Below, piece by piece: positions 10,342-21,800 of a stretch of DNA of 64,000 nt. The notes beneath the pieces are model-generated. The model saw only the letters and a program-made list of their open reading frames with translations. It was not told the origin of the DNA and did not search any database. A program made the position numbers and the translations under genes. The first letter of the stretch is position 1. Every line of letters begins with the position of its first letter. The stretch is from NCBI GenBank assembly GCA_963666285.1, contig OY762711.1. One strand, written 5' to 3'. Source of the stretch: Sedimentisphaerales bacterium. Its GTDB lineage: Bacteria; Planctomycetota; Phycisphaerae; Sedimentisphaerales; SM23-30.

Positions 10342-12816
10342 ATGAAACTATCTTTCAAAAAAATTTATTTAATCACTTCAGGGGCTATTCTATTTGCCCT
10401 GTTTGTGTCTTTTTTGATAATATTTATATATTTCAATAATATGGATAATTTTGTTCAAAAAGAGCTGAAGAAATATAACAACGGTTTGGTTGCAAGTTCT
10501 GCTCTTGCGTATGAGATGTCTCTATTGTATAAAAATCTTGATGGTATTGAACGCAGGCAGGAAGATAATATTAAAGAGGCAATTGATGCTCTCGACAGGA
10601 TAAGAAATATTCTTTTAGGTCCTGCTATGAGTAACATGGATAATTCCGAGTTTGTAGAACATATGAGTAAGAATGAAAGTACATGCAGAAATACTATTTA
10701 TTCTTACAAGAATATGCTGCTCAATGATTTTGCTGATAGTGTTGCAGAAGATTCTTTCGCTTTAATGAGAAAGTCCTTGATTGATGCTAAAGCGGAAGCA
10801 ATGGCTTACAATATTCAATGTTGGGAGAATTTGAACAGTAGATCCGGGATGCTAATTGATCGTATCAGTTTCATTAAAATTATACTTATCTATTTTGGTG
10901 TGTTTATTTGTTTGTTTTTCTTTCTTGTTATGTGGAGCATGTATAGAATTCTCAGGTTCAGATTAAATTCCATTGTCCAGGTAGCTGAAAAAATCAGGCA
11001 TGGAAACTATTCCTGTCGAATAAATATGCAGGAAGATGATTTACTTGGTACAGTAGCTAAAAGTGTTGATTATATAGCTGACCATTTTGACAATAATGAG
11101 AAGGAAATGCATGAGGCAAAATCAGAGTTGGAGGAGTCATTGATTGCTGCTCGAAAAGCGGATGTGGCAAAAAGTGAGTTTCTGGCCAGTATGTCGCATG
11201 AGATACGCACTCCCATGAATGGAGTGGTTGGTATGACAGACCTTATGCTGACAACGGATTTGGACCAGGAGCAGTTTGAATATATGAGTGCAATTAAGGA
11301 GTCTGGCGAGACTCTTCTTGCTATAATTAATGATATACTTGATTATTCACGAATAGAGGCTGATAAACTTGAGTTGTGTAACGAGCCATTTAATCTATAT
11401 AAGTTAATATTGCATATAAAAACAGTAATGCAATTAGCTGCCGAAGAAAAGGAAATCCAACTTATAGTAGAATATGATAATCGGGATATTAAGGAATTTA
11501 AAGGAGATGTTGTTCGTATTGGTCAGGTATTAAATAATCTGGTCAGTAATGCAATCAAATTTACAGAGAATGGATATGTGAAAATTGCAGTTAGTATCGG
11601 GGAAGAGCAATTTGGCTGTAAATATCCGGTGAGTATTACTGTTTCCGATTCTGGTATTGGTATGGACAAAGAAACAATCGGAATAGTATTCAATAAGTTT
11701 ACGCAAGGAGATTCCTCTATAACCCGTAAACATGGTGGTTCAGGTTTGGGGCTATCTATTACAAAAGAACTTGTAAGTGCTATGGGGGGAGAAATTACAG
11801 TTGATAGCAATTTGGGTAATGGCTCCATCTTTAATGTGTTTATAATGTTGGAAAAAAGTGATGATGAAAATTACTTTAATGAAATTGAAGATCGTGCAGT
11901 ATCTGTTAATTCAACCGGGGTGAAATTACTTGTTGTTGATGATAGCAGGACTAATCGTAATCTTGCTTTGAAAATGCTGAAGAAACTAGGCTTTGATGCA
12001 GATTCTGCAGAAGAGGGTATCAAAGCGGTTAAAATGGCAGCAGAAGAAAGATATGATATAATATTTATGGATATTCAGATGCCTGGGATGGATGGTTTGG
12101 AGGCAGCGAGAAGAATAATGTCATTCAATAAAGAGAATCCGCCAGTTATAATTGCTCTTACGGCAAATGTTTTTGAAGAGAACAGGCAGGCATGTCTTGA
12201 TGCCGGCATGGTAGATATGATATGCAAGCCGGTAACTTTGAAAAAGTTTAGTGAGAAGTTATACAGTATGGTCGAGGTGGTGTTGCCGGATATTGATGAT
12301 ATGGGTTTGGAATCTGCGGGTCAGGATAATACTTTTTTGGGGGGTTCTGAATCAGGAAAGCTGCAAGAAGATGATGTTATGAAATTGTATCTTCCTGGTA
12401 ATGAAGAACTTAATGTTGAGCAGGCTATGAATTCCGTGGAAAGAGATGTCGAAAAAGTTAAAAATAGTTGTATAGATTATGAATCATTAATGGAAAATAT
12501 CGGTGGGGATAATAAGGTTGTTCTGGAATTATTCGAGAATTTCCTGGTAGAATCCCAGGAGTCTCTGGTGAAGATTATCAGGTGTTTTGAGCAGAAAGAT
12601 TCAGCCGGTATTGGAAGTCAGGCTCATGGTTTGAAGGGGATATCTTGGAGTATAAGTGCTGAAAGACTCAGCGAAATGTGTCTGCTGGTAGAAAAGGCCG
12701 GGAAATCAAATGATCTTTCTACTGTTAAAGAGTATCTGCCTAGGTTAAAAGATGAAATGCGAACCGTATTGAATGAAGTAAGGGAATACCTAACCAACAA
12801 TAGCAGCGATGATTAA
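10342..12816 (+). CDS. Membrane hybrid sensor histidine kinase (HAMP-HisKA-HATPase-REC-HPt)
   Basis: Two TM helices, [37 protein letters not shown], receiver IFMDIQMP, HPt AHGLKG. Confidence 0.93.
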   Translation: MKLSFKKIYLITSGAILFALFVSFLIIFIYFNNMDNFVQKELKKYNNGLVASSALAYEMSLLYKNLDGIERRQEDNIKEAIDALDRIRNILLGPAMSNMDNSEFVEHMSKNESTCRNTIYSYKNMLLNDFADSVAEDSFALMRKSLIDAKAEAMAYNIQCWENLNSRSGMLIDRISFIKIILIYFGVFICLFFFLVMWSMYRILRFRLNSIVQVAEKIRHGNYSCRINMQEDDLLGTVAKSVDYIADHFDNNEKEMHEAKSELEESLIAARKADVAKSEFLASMSHEIRTPMNGVVGMTDLMLTTDLDQEQFEYMSAIKESGETLLAIINDILDYSRIEADKLELCNEPFNLYKLILHIKTVMQLAAEEKEIQLIVEYDNRDIKEFKGDVVRIGQVLNNLVSNAIKFTENGYVKIAVSIGEEQFGCKYPVSITVSDSGIGMDKETIGIVFNKFTQGDSSITRKHGGSGLGLSITKELVSAMGGEITVDSNLGNGSIFNVFIMLEKSDDENYFNEIEDRAVSVNSTGVKLLVVDDSRTNRNLALKMLKKLGFDADSAEEGIKAVKMAAEERYDIIFMDIQMPGMDGLEAARRIMSFNKENPPVIIALTANVFEENRQACLDAGMVDMICKPVTLKKFSEKLYSMVEVVLPDIDDMGLESAGQDNTFLGGSESGKLQEDDVMKLYLPGNEELNVEQAMNSVERDVEKVKNSCIDYESLMENIGGDNKVVLELFENFLVESQESLVKIIRCFEQKDSAGIGSQAHGLKGISWSISAERLSEMCLLVEKAGKSNDLSTVKEYLPRLKDEMRTVLNEVREYLTNNSSDD

Positions 12817-12856
12817 GGTTGTGTAAGTTGTGTAATATAAGATGTTTGCGTAAAGC

Positions 12857-13540
12857 TTAGCAGGTAGAATGTCTATCGATGCTATGCCACCATTTGATAG
12901 CAAATTCTTTAAGAGAACCGGAGTCAACCAGGTTGAATTTGGTTTTAATATTGGCCCGGTGTGATTCTACGGTTTTAGTGCTGATATGAAGTTTTCCGGC
13001 TATGCTGCTGGTGCCCATACCTTCTCCAATTAGTTGTAAAATCTGGAGTTCGCGATCGGTGAGGCATTCTTCTGGGATAGAGCTGTTTTTATTTCTATTG
13101 CCAACAATTCCTGAAACCAGGTATTTGGAGATGTTTTTACTGAGGTAGATTTCGTTGTTTTTAACGGAATCGATAGCCTGTTTGATGTCTTCGAGTGGAG
13201 CGGATTTCATGATGTAACCCTTTGCGCCAGCACGAATTGAACGTTCAGCGAAGATTTTTTCATCTAGGAATGTTAGTACGAGAATGTGTGTGTGAGGTGA
13301 TATTGACCTAAGTTCTTTGATGAGGTCAATGCCGGCGAGAGAATCAGTGTGGGAAAGCTCTATAACAGCAAGGTTTACATTGTTGTTTGATGTAGTTTGT
13401 ATAGCATCCCTGACATCTCCGGTTTCCAGGATGATTTCGTGATTGCCGATCTGGTCTAAAAGAGTTATAAGTCCTTGTCTAAAAAGAGGATGACCGTCGA
13501 CGATAATGGTTTTGACTGTATTATTTACTGACGTAGACAT
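12857..13540 (-). CDS. NarL/LuxR family response regulator with atypical receiver
   Basis: VDGHPLFRQG, GAKGYIMK, LTDRELQIL...ISTKTVESHR HTH. Start at MSTS after GGAG RBS; ORF track starts at 13615. Confidence 0.88.
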   Translation of the reverse strand: MSTSVNNTVKTIIVDGHPLFRQGLITLLDQIGNHEIILETGDVRDAIQTTSNNNVNLAVIELSHTDSLAGIDLIKELRSISPHTHILVLTFLDEKIFAERSIRAGAKGYIMKSAPLEDIKQAIDSVKNNEIYLSKNISKYLVSGIVGNRNKNSSIPEECLTDRELQILQLIGEGMGTSSIAGKLHISTKTVESHRANIKTKFNLVDSGSLKEFAIKWWHSIDRHSTC

Positions 13541-13989
13541 AAGCGTCTCCCTTTGTAATTGGTACTGAACAACCAAATCTAATTTGAAAGAATTTTCACT
13601 TCTATAATCGCACAAAGTTTGAAAAAAGACAAGTGAAAAAAAGGTGTTAAAATAATTTTTTTGTATTATTTTTGTAAAATGTTTTTTAATAAGGATATAT
13701 ATCTTGTTGGTATTGTTCGCATTATAATAATAATTGCAGGTCTGGGTTTCGTATATGGAACAAAATTATAAGGGTTAAAAGGGAAAAATTTCCTATTTGA
13801 ACTTAAGCTCAAAAAAAACATATATATTATTGATGTTAAATTGATGTTTAGTGTCAAGAGTATATGTATTGATTGTAACTTTTTTTTTGGGAGCAATTTA
13901 TAGAGAATATAGCTAGTATTTATGTATAATAATTGTCTAAGAATTTCCCATTATTACAGGTAATTAATAGAAGGAAGAATTGATATTTG

Positions 13990-14976
13990 ATGTATCAAAT
14001 TAAGAAAAGAATATTAAAAATATTAGCCGAAAGTGAAGAACGGGTTTGCGACGAAGATGTGGCCGCAAAATGCGGCGTCAGCGTGGAGCAGGTGCGGAGT
14101 GTATGCGAAGCTGTCGCGGCGGCAAGAAGCGTTCAAATTGAAAACGGCGGCGAACGGAATGGCGGCGCCGGTAAGCGGAAAGCAACGTCGCTTATGCCGA
14201 CGGTTATCGAAGAGTGTGCGGAGGGTGTGTTGTTTCGTGAAGTTGTGCTGTTTCCAGAGACAGAAAGTACTAATGATGTGGCCTGGATGCATGCGGGCCG
14301 ACCAGATAGCACAGGTCTGGTAGTGCTTGCCGAGAGTCAGCGTAAAGGTCGTGGAAGATTTTCTGATCGAGTGTGGCAAGATGTGCCAGGTTGTTCGATT
14401 TTGATGTCTATGCTGCTTGATGGAGAGCAGGTAGATGGAGATATGCTGAGTGTTGTACTTGGTCTGGCGGCAGCGAAGTCGCTGGAGAAGGTTTGTGGTT
14501 TATCGGTTGGAATAAAGTGGCCAAATGATATCGTAGTGAGCGGAAAGAAGCTGTGCGGGATAATGGTGGAGTCCCGGTTTGTGGATGGCCGTCAGTGGTA
14601 TGTGCCGGGTATTGGAATTAATTGTAACCAGGGAGTAGATGATTTTTGTGACGAGCTGAAGGTTTCGGCGAGTTCGGTGTATATTGAGACAGGTAAACTT
14701 GTTGATCGAAATGTGTTGGCGGTATGGGTGTTGTGTGAGATAGATGAGCTGCTATCGGGAAGGGTAGCTCTAGATGAGGTTGTGCGGCAATGGCGTGAGA
14801 GAAATTGTGATGTTGGTCGTTTTGTGTGTTTGGAGTGTGATGGTGAGAGGTTTAGCGGTGAAGTTGTAGATGTTGAACCGCTGGTGGGGATAACATTGAA
14901 GCTGGGAGATGGCAGCGAGAGGGTGTTTGACAGTCGGACGACGACAATTGTGCCGCAGGACGGCAAGCTTTGCTAA
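13990..14976 (+). CDS. birA: Biotin--[acetyl-CoA-carboxylase] ligase
   Basis: STND, AESQRKGRGR, IKWPNDI, KKLCGIMVE, GIGIN; N-terminal HTH-like segment. Confidence 0.9.
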   Translation: MYQIKKRILKILAESEERVCDEDVAAKCGVSVEQVRSVCEAVAAARSVQIENGGERNGGAGKRKATSLMPTVIEECAEGVLFREVVLFPETESTNDVAWMHAGRPDSTGLVVLAESQRKGRGRFSDRVWQDVPGCSILMSMLLDGEQVDGDMLSVVLGLAAAKSLEKVCGLSVGIKWPNDIVVSGKKLCGIMVESRFVDGRQWYVPGIGINCNQGVDDFCDELKVSASSVYIETGKLVDRNVLAVWVLCEIDELLSGRVALDEVVRQWRERNCDVGRFVCLECDGERFSGEVVDVEPLVGITLKLGDGSERVFDSRTTTIVPQDGKLC

Positions 14977-15162
14977 GTGAAAAATGAATAATTAAAAGTG
15001 AAAAATTGAGGTGCTCGCTGGCGCGAGATTATTTTGAATCGCCTGCGGCGAGCCGGGGGAAAAAAGTAAAAGGTAAATTTAAAGTGTAAAGGGGTGCTAC
15101 GAATATAGGTAAGAAGTAAGAGGTAGGTGTTCTACGACGCAACGAAGACACGACATATTTAA

Positions 15163-15623
15163 AAACTTGCTAACTGGGGCATAGGTCTGCTGGAAAATCT
15201 CAAAGAAATGTTTAAGACTCTGCATAATGCAGATAAATATACAATAAAAGGCTATTCCGGTAAGATGGAGAGAATAAAAAACAGGTTTCTGAACAAAGTT
15301 AGCCGACCACCGGACCATAAACTTGCTAAAAAGCTTAGTCGGCGATTTTGGGATGATGCCTGGAAAACATACTTTTGCTTTTTGACCAAACCTGAAATCG
15401 AACCTACCAATAATGGTACAGAGCGAGAAATTCGCCATACCGTCATTGACCGCAGGATAACGCAAGGTACCCGCGGCACCATCGGCATGCACTGGTGCGA
15501 ACGCATCTGGACTACCATTGCCACCTGCAAAAAGCAAAATCGGAATGTGTTTGAATTTATTCATCAATCTATTCTGGCACATCAAAATAACTACAACCAA
15601 CCTAAACTTACGTGAACGGTTAC
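15163..15623 (+). mobile_element. IS66-family remnant: 3' part of transposase plus right end
   Basis: ORF 15208-15615 has EPTNNGTEREIR...TIATCKKQ, typical of the IS66 TnpC C-terminus, but lacks most of the gene; ends in GTGAACGGTTAC (IS66 ends read GTAA.../...TTAC). Confidence 0.8.
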
Positions 15624-15886
15624 TGTTTTCGATATTTCATCACGTAACAGGCAAATAAGTATTCGAATCTAAATATTGGTTGTCCTTTTATTCAAACCAG
15701 CCTGCGTGACAAAAAAGTGTCTCAACGGTGCCCCTTTGTTGTACGTTTTGGCTTCAGTTGGTCTTCGCTTGGTGTAATAAGTTTTTATTTGTCAGTCATT
15801 AAGTGTTTATTTGGAGCTACTTAGAAATTTCGAATCAAACTCTTATCCGTGGTTTTTAGGATCGAGTCCTAAATTGCGTATTTAAT

Positions 15887-15919
15887 AAAGCCTTGTAATT
15901 CAATGAGTTACAAGGCTTT
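15887..15919. repeat. Long inverted repeat
   Basis: AAAGCCTTGTAATTCA-A-TGAGTTACAAGGCTTT. Confidence 0.7.
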
Positions 15920-16042
15920 CTCTATTTTAAATATTCCCTGAATAATGGCTGAGTACACAAGTGAACGCAGTTTTGACTTGGAATAGAGGAAAATAGAGTG
16001 GGAAATGAGGTTGTCCACCTAAAGACAAGGAAAAGTCAAAAG

Positions 16043-16083
16043 CTGACTGTCGATCTAAGGTTGAGGGTTCGAGTCCTTCGGGT
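16043..16083 (+). pseudogene. tRNA 3'-half fragment (Arg-like), probable att-site relic
   Basis: CTGACTGTCGATCTAAGGTT then T-arm GAGGG-TTCGAGT-CCTTC; no D-arm or acceptor stem partner upstream. Confidence 0.55.
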
Positions 16084-16411
16084 TCAATATGCGCAGAGGA
16101 TTATTATCATTTATTGTCTTTTCAAGAATTTATTTATAGAGTGACACAAGATAATGATTAGGAGTTTTTTTAATATCATGATATTTATTGTGAATATAAA
16201 GTTATTTTTATGTTATCTTTCATAAGTGGTTATTGGTAATGTTGTTACGTAGCAGTTATCAATTATTGCTTGTTGTTGATATGATTTGGTGTTTTTGATA
16301 TAATTAAACAGATAATTGTATGTTGATTGCAGTATGTGTATCTGGGGGTATTGATCGGAATAATGTTTTCTTTTTTGGATAAGCGGTAGGATTTGAAGAA
16401 AGCTGATTACT

Positions 16412-18091
16412 GTGGAAAAATGTTTCTCCAATAAAATATTAAAACTTTATTTAGAAGGTACTTGTTCTGAGTTTGAATGTGATAAAATTGCTAAACATAT
16501 TTTAACTTGTGATAAGTGCAGAACTAAATTAAGTGAACTTGAGCAGTGTACACCTGATGGGCTGGATGGAGTATTGGTTTCAAGTGATGATGTTGATGAT
16601 GGTAGAATTCCTGTTTCTACATGTTGCGGCACCATGCCAGATGTAACCAAGACGTTGGAAACCATGTCAGATGGATATGAGTTTTTGGGAGAGATGCCGC
16701 GAGGTGGGCAGGCGGTGGTTTATAAGGCAGTACAAAAATCAACAAAGCGTGTGGTTGCTGTTAAAGTATTACTTCAAGGCACTGAAGCTCCTAAGATAGC
16801 AAGGTATAGATTTGAAAAAGAAATAGAACTTGCTGCCAGTTTAAAGCATTCGAATATTGTAACTATTTTTGATAGCGGCATTGCACAGGGACTATATTTT
16901 TATGCAATGGAGTTTATAGATGGTGTTCAACTTGATGATTATGTGCAAAGAAATGGTTTTTCTGTTCGGGAAATTATGGAATTGTTTTTACAGGTTGTTG
17001 CCGGAGTTTCATATGCCCATCAGAAAGGTGTTATTCACCGTGATTTGAAACCAGGTAATATCTTAGTAGATACCAGTGGAAAAGCTCACATTCTTGATTT
17101 TGGCTTAGCAAAGGTGGTAGATAATGATTCAACTACGTTTGAAGGTTCTATCATGACATCTATAACTGGACAAGTATTAGGTACATTAGCGTACATGGCG
17201 CCAGAGCAAGCGATTGGAAAGGTTGATGATATTGATGTGAGAACAGATATTTATGCACTTGGTGTAATCCTTTATAAATTGATCACAGGTAAATATCCTT
17301 ATGATATTTCCGGCTCGGTATTAGATATTGTTAGGAATATTCAGGAAAATGAACCCGAAAGGCCAACAAAAAATGTAAAACTTCATAGTGATGTTGAAAT
17401 AATAATCTTAAAGTCTTTACAGAAGTTGCCACAATATCGATATCAGAGTGCATATGATTTATATAAGGATATTGAAAGCTGGTTGAATGGATATCCAATT
17501 GCTGCAAAAGCAGATAATTTACTCTATATAATCATAAAGCTGATCGCCAGATATCGTTATAGAGTTTCAATAGTGGGTTTAGTTACAGTTATCGTGATTG
17601 CTTTTGGTGCAATTTCAATTCAGCAATACTTAGAACAGCGTTTTGCCTGGGTAGCATACGATCAATTGTCCCAGGAAGCCCAAATTCAAGAGCAATTTAA
17701 TGAATCATTAATAAAGAAAAGCATGTTAAATATGTTTTTAATCGCATGGGATAAAGGGGATATGCAGCATGCCGCTGAAGTGCAGTTGTCTTGTATGCCT
17801 ATATTTAATGGAGATAAATATATAAAAAAGCTGGTATTGTCGCTAATGGAGTATCAGCAATTGGAAGAAAGAAGTGTAAGAGATTTTTATGGTCAAGAGT
17901 ATTGTTGGATAGCAAGTTTTATATTTGCTGAGAAGGAGCAAAAGGAAGGGGATTCCGAATTAGCGATTGATTTATATGAGAAAAGTCTGGAAGAATATTC
18001 CAATTCAGAAGAGTTAGGTAAACATGGATATGAATGGTTAGTGGAAATAATAAGAAATCAAAAACATAGCCTAGAGGTGGAATGTCAATGA
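16412..18091 (+). CDS. Hanks-type Ser/Thr protein kinase with N-terminal HxxxCxxC zinc-finger and one TM helix
   Basis: HILTCDKC, GGQAVVYKA, VAVK, HRDLKPGN, DFGLAK, GTLAYMAPEQ, TM VSIVGLVTVIVIAFGAI. Confidence 0.92.
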   Translation: MEKCFSNKILKLYLEGTCSEFECDKIAKHILTCDKCRTKLSELEQCTPDGLDGVLVSSDDVDDGRIPVSTCCGTMPDVTKTLETMSDGYEFLGEMPRGGQAVVYKAVQKSTKRVVAVKVLLQGTEAPKIARYRFEKEIELAASLKHSNIVTIFDSGIAQGLYFYAMEFIDGVQLDDYVQRNGFSVREIMELFLQVVAGVSYAHQKGVIHRDLKPGNILVDTSGKAHILDFGLAKVVDNDSTTFEGSIMTSITGQVLGTLAYMAPEQAIGKVDDIDVRTDIYALGVILYKLITGKYPYDISGSVLDIVRNIQENEPERPTKNVKLHSDVEIIILKSLQKLPQYRYQSAYDLYKDIESWLNGYPIAAKADNLLYIIIKLIARYRYRVSIVGLVTVIVIAFGAISIQQYLEQRFAWVAYDQLSQEAQIQEQFNESLIKKSMLNMFLIAWDKGDMQHAAEVQLSCMPIFNGDKYIKKLVLSLMEYQQLEERSVRDFYGQEYCWIASFIFAEKEQKEGDSELAIDLYEKSLEEYSNSEELGKHGYEWLVEIIRNQKHSLEVECQ

Positions 18092-18801
18092 TGTTTTATA
18101 GGGATGGAATAAAAAAACATATTCATGGCTTTACTTTAATTGAGTTACTGGTGGTAGTTTCGGTCATTGGTCTGCTGGTGGCTATTATGATGCCTGCCTT
18201 AAGTAAGGCGAAAATCGCAGGCCGAAAAACCGTATGCTTAGTTAATCTAAAGCATATTGCGGCCGGCTGGATAATGTATCTGGATGATAATAATGAACAA
18301 TTCTTGCAGGGAGTAAATGTGCAGCGTACCTATGGCGGCTGTCGGGGAACTGAGTATCCGGATGCAGAGAGACCATTGAATAAATATCTGAATTATCAAC
18401 GGTTAGCTAAGGAAGCTGAGGTATTTCATTGTCCAGAGGATAATGGTAGAAATGCCAGAAACGGTAGGAATTATTATAAGGAGATAGGTTCGAGTTATTT
18501 AACTAATCAATGTCTGATCGGTAATACTTCGGTTTCTTTACCGGAGGCGGACATTAGAGCTAAGGTTAACAACGTTCTGCCAGGTTTGACTTTAGGGAAA
18601 GTTGTTAGGCCAGCAGAAGTGCTATTGCTGGGCGATACTGACTGGTGGACTCAGCTTATGTCAACTGGGCCTCAGGGACGATATTGGCATGGGAAAGAAG
18701 ATTGTTATAATATGGCCTATTTGGATGGCCGTGCGATGGATGTTAAGATAGAAAAGGGTAATTATATTACTTGTAATTATAGAGTTTTGCCTTTTAAATA
18801 A
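18082..18801 (+). CDS. Prepilin-type N-terminal cleavage/methylation protein (DUF1559-like)
   Basis: GFTLIELLVVVSVIGLLVAIMMPAL, FHCPED, and H...NMAYLDG C-terminal motif. Confidence 0.88.
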   Translation: MSMMFYRDGIKKHIHGFTLIELLVVVSVIGLLVAIMMPALSKAKIAGRKTVCLVNLKHIAAGWIMYLDDNNEQFLQGVNVQRTYGGCRGTEYPDAERPLNKYLNYQRLAKEAEVFHCPEDNGRNARNGRNYYKEIGSSYLTNQCLIGNTSVSLPEADIRAKVNNVLPGLTLGKVVRPAEVLLLGDTDWWTQLMSTGPQGRYWHGKEDCYNMAYLDGRAMDVKIEKGNYITCNYRVLPFK

Positions 18802-18818
18802 TAAAAAATACGGGAATA

Positions 18819-21800
18819 ATGATTATGACAAGTGGCTACCAAAAAAGAATAGTTATCAAATTAGTTATGTTGGTATTGTTGTTTACTTCCATAAATTCCA
18901 TGGCAGGATGGGTTGAAATTACGAAAGACTTATACGCATATGACATTAATTCATCTGGTAAATGGGAAAATGATTCATATGCAAAAGGAGATAATGATCA
19001 ATTTGCGAAAAATGATGCAGATACTGAATGGTTGAAAGTAGCATCTTTTGAAAATCTTGACATTAGCTCAACAACAATAATCAAAAGAGTAGCTATCAAT
19101 GTTAGTTGTAGATATGACAATGGAACTTCTGGCTATATTGTTGGAAAGCTGAGAGTCCCATTAGCAGGTTATGAAGGACCAGAATTATTGTCAAATAATT
19201 TTACAACTTCAAATTATGAATTTGCATTAAGAATGGGTGGAAATGCAGATGTTACTAATGCTGTTGCCTGGAATGAAGCAAGGTTAAGGGATATTCGCTA
19301 CTGGGTACGTAGAAAAGGGCTAAACAATAATAATACTCCATTAAGAATTAAATGTATACGTTTAAGAGTTGTTTGTGATATGCCTGATTGGGATAATGAT
19401 GGGATACCAGATGAAGATGACCCTGATGATGATAATGATGGTTTGCTTGATCAAAATGATGATTGTCCCAAAGAATATCATCCTGGAGATAATGATGGAG
19501 ACCATATCTGTGATTATCATGATACCGATGATGATAATGATGGAATACCTGACATTTCAGATAATTGTCCCTGGCATAAAAATTCTCGACAAAATGATTG
19601 GGATGGTGATGGACAGGGGGATGCCTGTGATGACGATGATGACAATGATGGAATAAAAGATAGTAAAGATATATATCCTTATGATTACGATAATGATGGC
19701 GTAAAAGATGATGTGGATAATTGTCCTTATAATAGTAATACAGAGCAAAAAGACTATGATGAAGATGGCCAGGGAAATGCTTGCGATGCAGATGATGACA
19801 ACGATGGTATTCCTGATGAAGATGATCCATATTTAAGAGATGAAGATAATGATGGATATAGTAAAAGCGAAGATAATTGTCGATGGATATATAATCCTGA
19901 CCAGAGTGATTTAGATAGAGATGGTCAGGGCGATGCTTGTGATGATGATATTGATGGCGATGGCATTCCAAATGGGAGTGATCCATTACCTTATGATTTT
20001 GATAATGATGGTGTTCCAGCTTCTTCAGATAATTGTCCGACTGTTTACAATCCAGATCAGTGGGATTTTGATGGTGATGGAAAGGGTTTTGCCTGTGATG
20101 ATGATATTGATGACTATTTTTATGCAGAGGCGATTTCTGCAGCTGGCGCATGGCAAAATAAAGATGCTGTTGTTGGTAAGCCCAAAACAGAAGTCTGTAA
20201 TGTTTCGCCGCCAACTTATGCTTATAATGAAGATGGTTCAGATGAGACGTATCTAATTGCAACAAGGTTTGAAGAGATTCCAGACCTTCCGGTCGGCTTG
20301 GCGATCAAAGCAATCAAAGTGAATGTTTTGTGTCGGTATGATAGCGGTACTGTTGGGCATGTAAAAGTTAGTGTACAAGTGCCGGGTGATAGGGTGTTGG
20401 TGTTTGACTCTCCTGCATTTACAAGTTCAGATGATTGTGACTGGGTAATGTCGCAAGTTAATATTACAGATTATGTTGCTTTTGATTTTGTGAGACTTAA
20501 CAGTTTGCAAATAGGTGTCAGGCGAAATGCAAATACAAACAATAGTACGCTTAGGGTTAAAGGAGTGCGTATTAAAGTTATCATTGAGCCAGACGCAGAC
20601 TTTGATGGAGTTGGTGATTCAGTTGATAATTGCATGTATACAGCCAATGTAGAGCAGTATGATTTAGACAATGATTCTGTGGGTGATGCATGTGATGATG
20701 ACATTGATGGCGATGGAATAGCAAATAATAGTGACACATTCCCATTTGACTTTGATAATGACGGTTTTAATGATTGGGTTGATAATTGTCCTAAAGAGTT
20801 TAATCCAGAGCAGATAGATCGGGATGGTGATGGTAAAGGCGATTTATGTGATAATACACCATTCGATATGAAGCCATTATATGCTACTTTAATCCATGCA
20901 AACCCAGGATGGGAATATGGAAATGAGGCGACAGGTGAGCCTGCAACAATGAAATGTGATAGCGAAAACGATACCCCTCATTATGCGATAAATTCAAATG
21001 ATGGTGATAATTATGACAATGCATTGACAGCAATAGATTTTGACGAGTTAGTTCTTCCTGAAGGTTCAGCGATAGATAATGTCTATGTGGATATTCTTTG
21101 TCGATATGATAAATATACAACAACGTCAGGACAGATAGAAGTAGAGTGTATTATTGAAGACTCAACTTGTGGGGAAAGTGATAAGAAGGTGACTGTAAGT
21201 ATTGGTAATCCTAATTCCGAAGGCGATTGTGAATGGTTCACAAGCAGAATAGAAATTAGCAGGCTAATCAATGGGGAGTCAGGCAGGGTAAATAAACTCA
21301 GGGTCAAGGTCAGGAAGCTAGAGGCTAATAATACACTGAGAGTAAAGGCTTTCAGAGTTGATGTGCAGGTGACGGAAGGGCTTGTATATAATGAAACAAA
21401 AGGTGCCTGGTATGCGAAAATACAGCAGGCAATCAACCATGCAGAGAATTATTCTGTGATAAAAGTTAAGAAAGGCACATATTATCAGTCGATTGATTTT
21501 AGTCCTTGCGAGGAAGGTGTGGGTAAGTCTTTGCATCTAGAAGCAATTGAAGAAGGTTGTATAATAGATGCCAGTGGTGAAGATAAGCCTGTGATATCGC
21601 TGAAAGATAATGGTTGTGCAGGCTCTGTGATCAAGGGTTTTGAACTTGTGAACGGGAATGCTGTGAGTGATGGCGGCGGCATATATTGTGCAGCAGGTGA
21701 TGTGTTGATTCAAGATTGTATTTTTGCAAGTTGTAAAGCAGGTCGAAATGGAGGAGCAATATATATACAAGGAAATGGTGTTATTGTTAAAAATTGTATT

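Noticed and set aside
16020..16095. Complete tRNA gene
   Set aside because: Only the T-arm and a degenerate anticodon arm are present; no D-arm, acceptor pairing or CCA.
19348..20265. 305-aa His-rich minus-strand ORF
   Set aside because: Antisense shadow of the GAT-rich Asp codons of the TSP3 repeats; no RBS or domain features.
19380..20860. Periodic GATGATGAT/GATAATTGT repeats as possible CRISPR or DNA repeat array
   Set aside because: They are coding TSP3 repeats with synonymous variation; no constant repeat-spacer structure and no cas genes.
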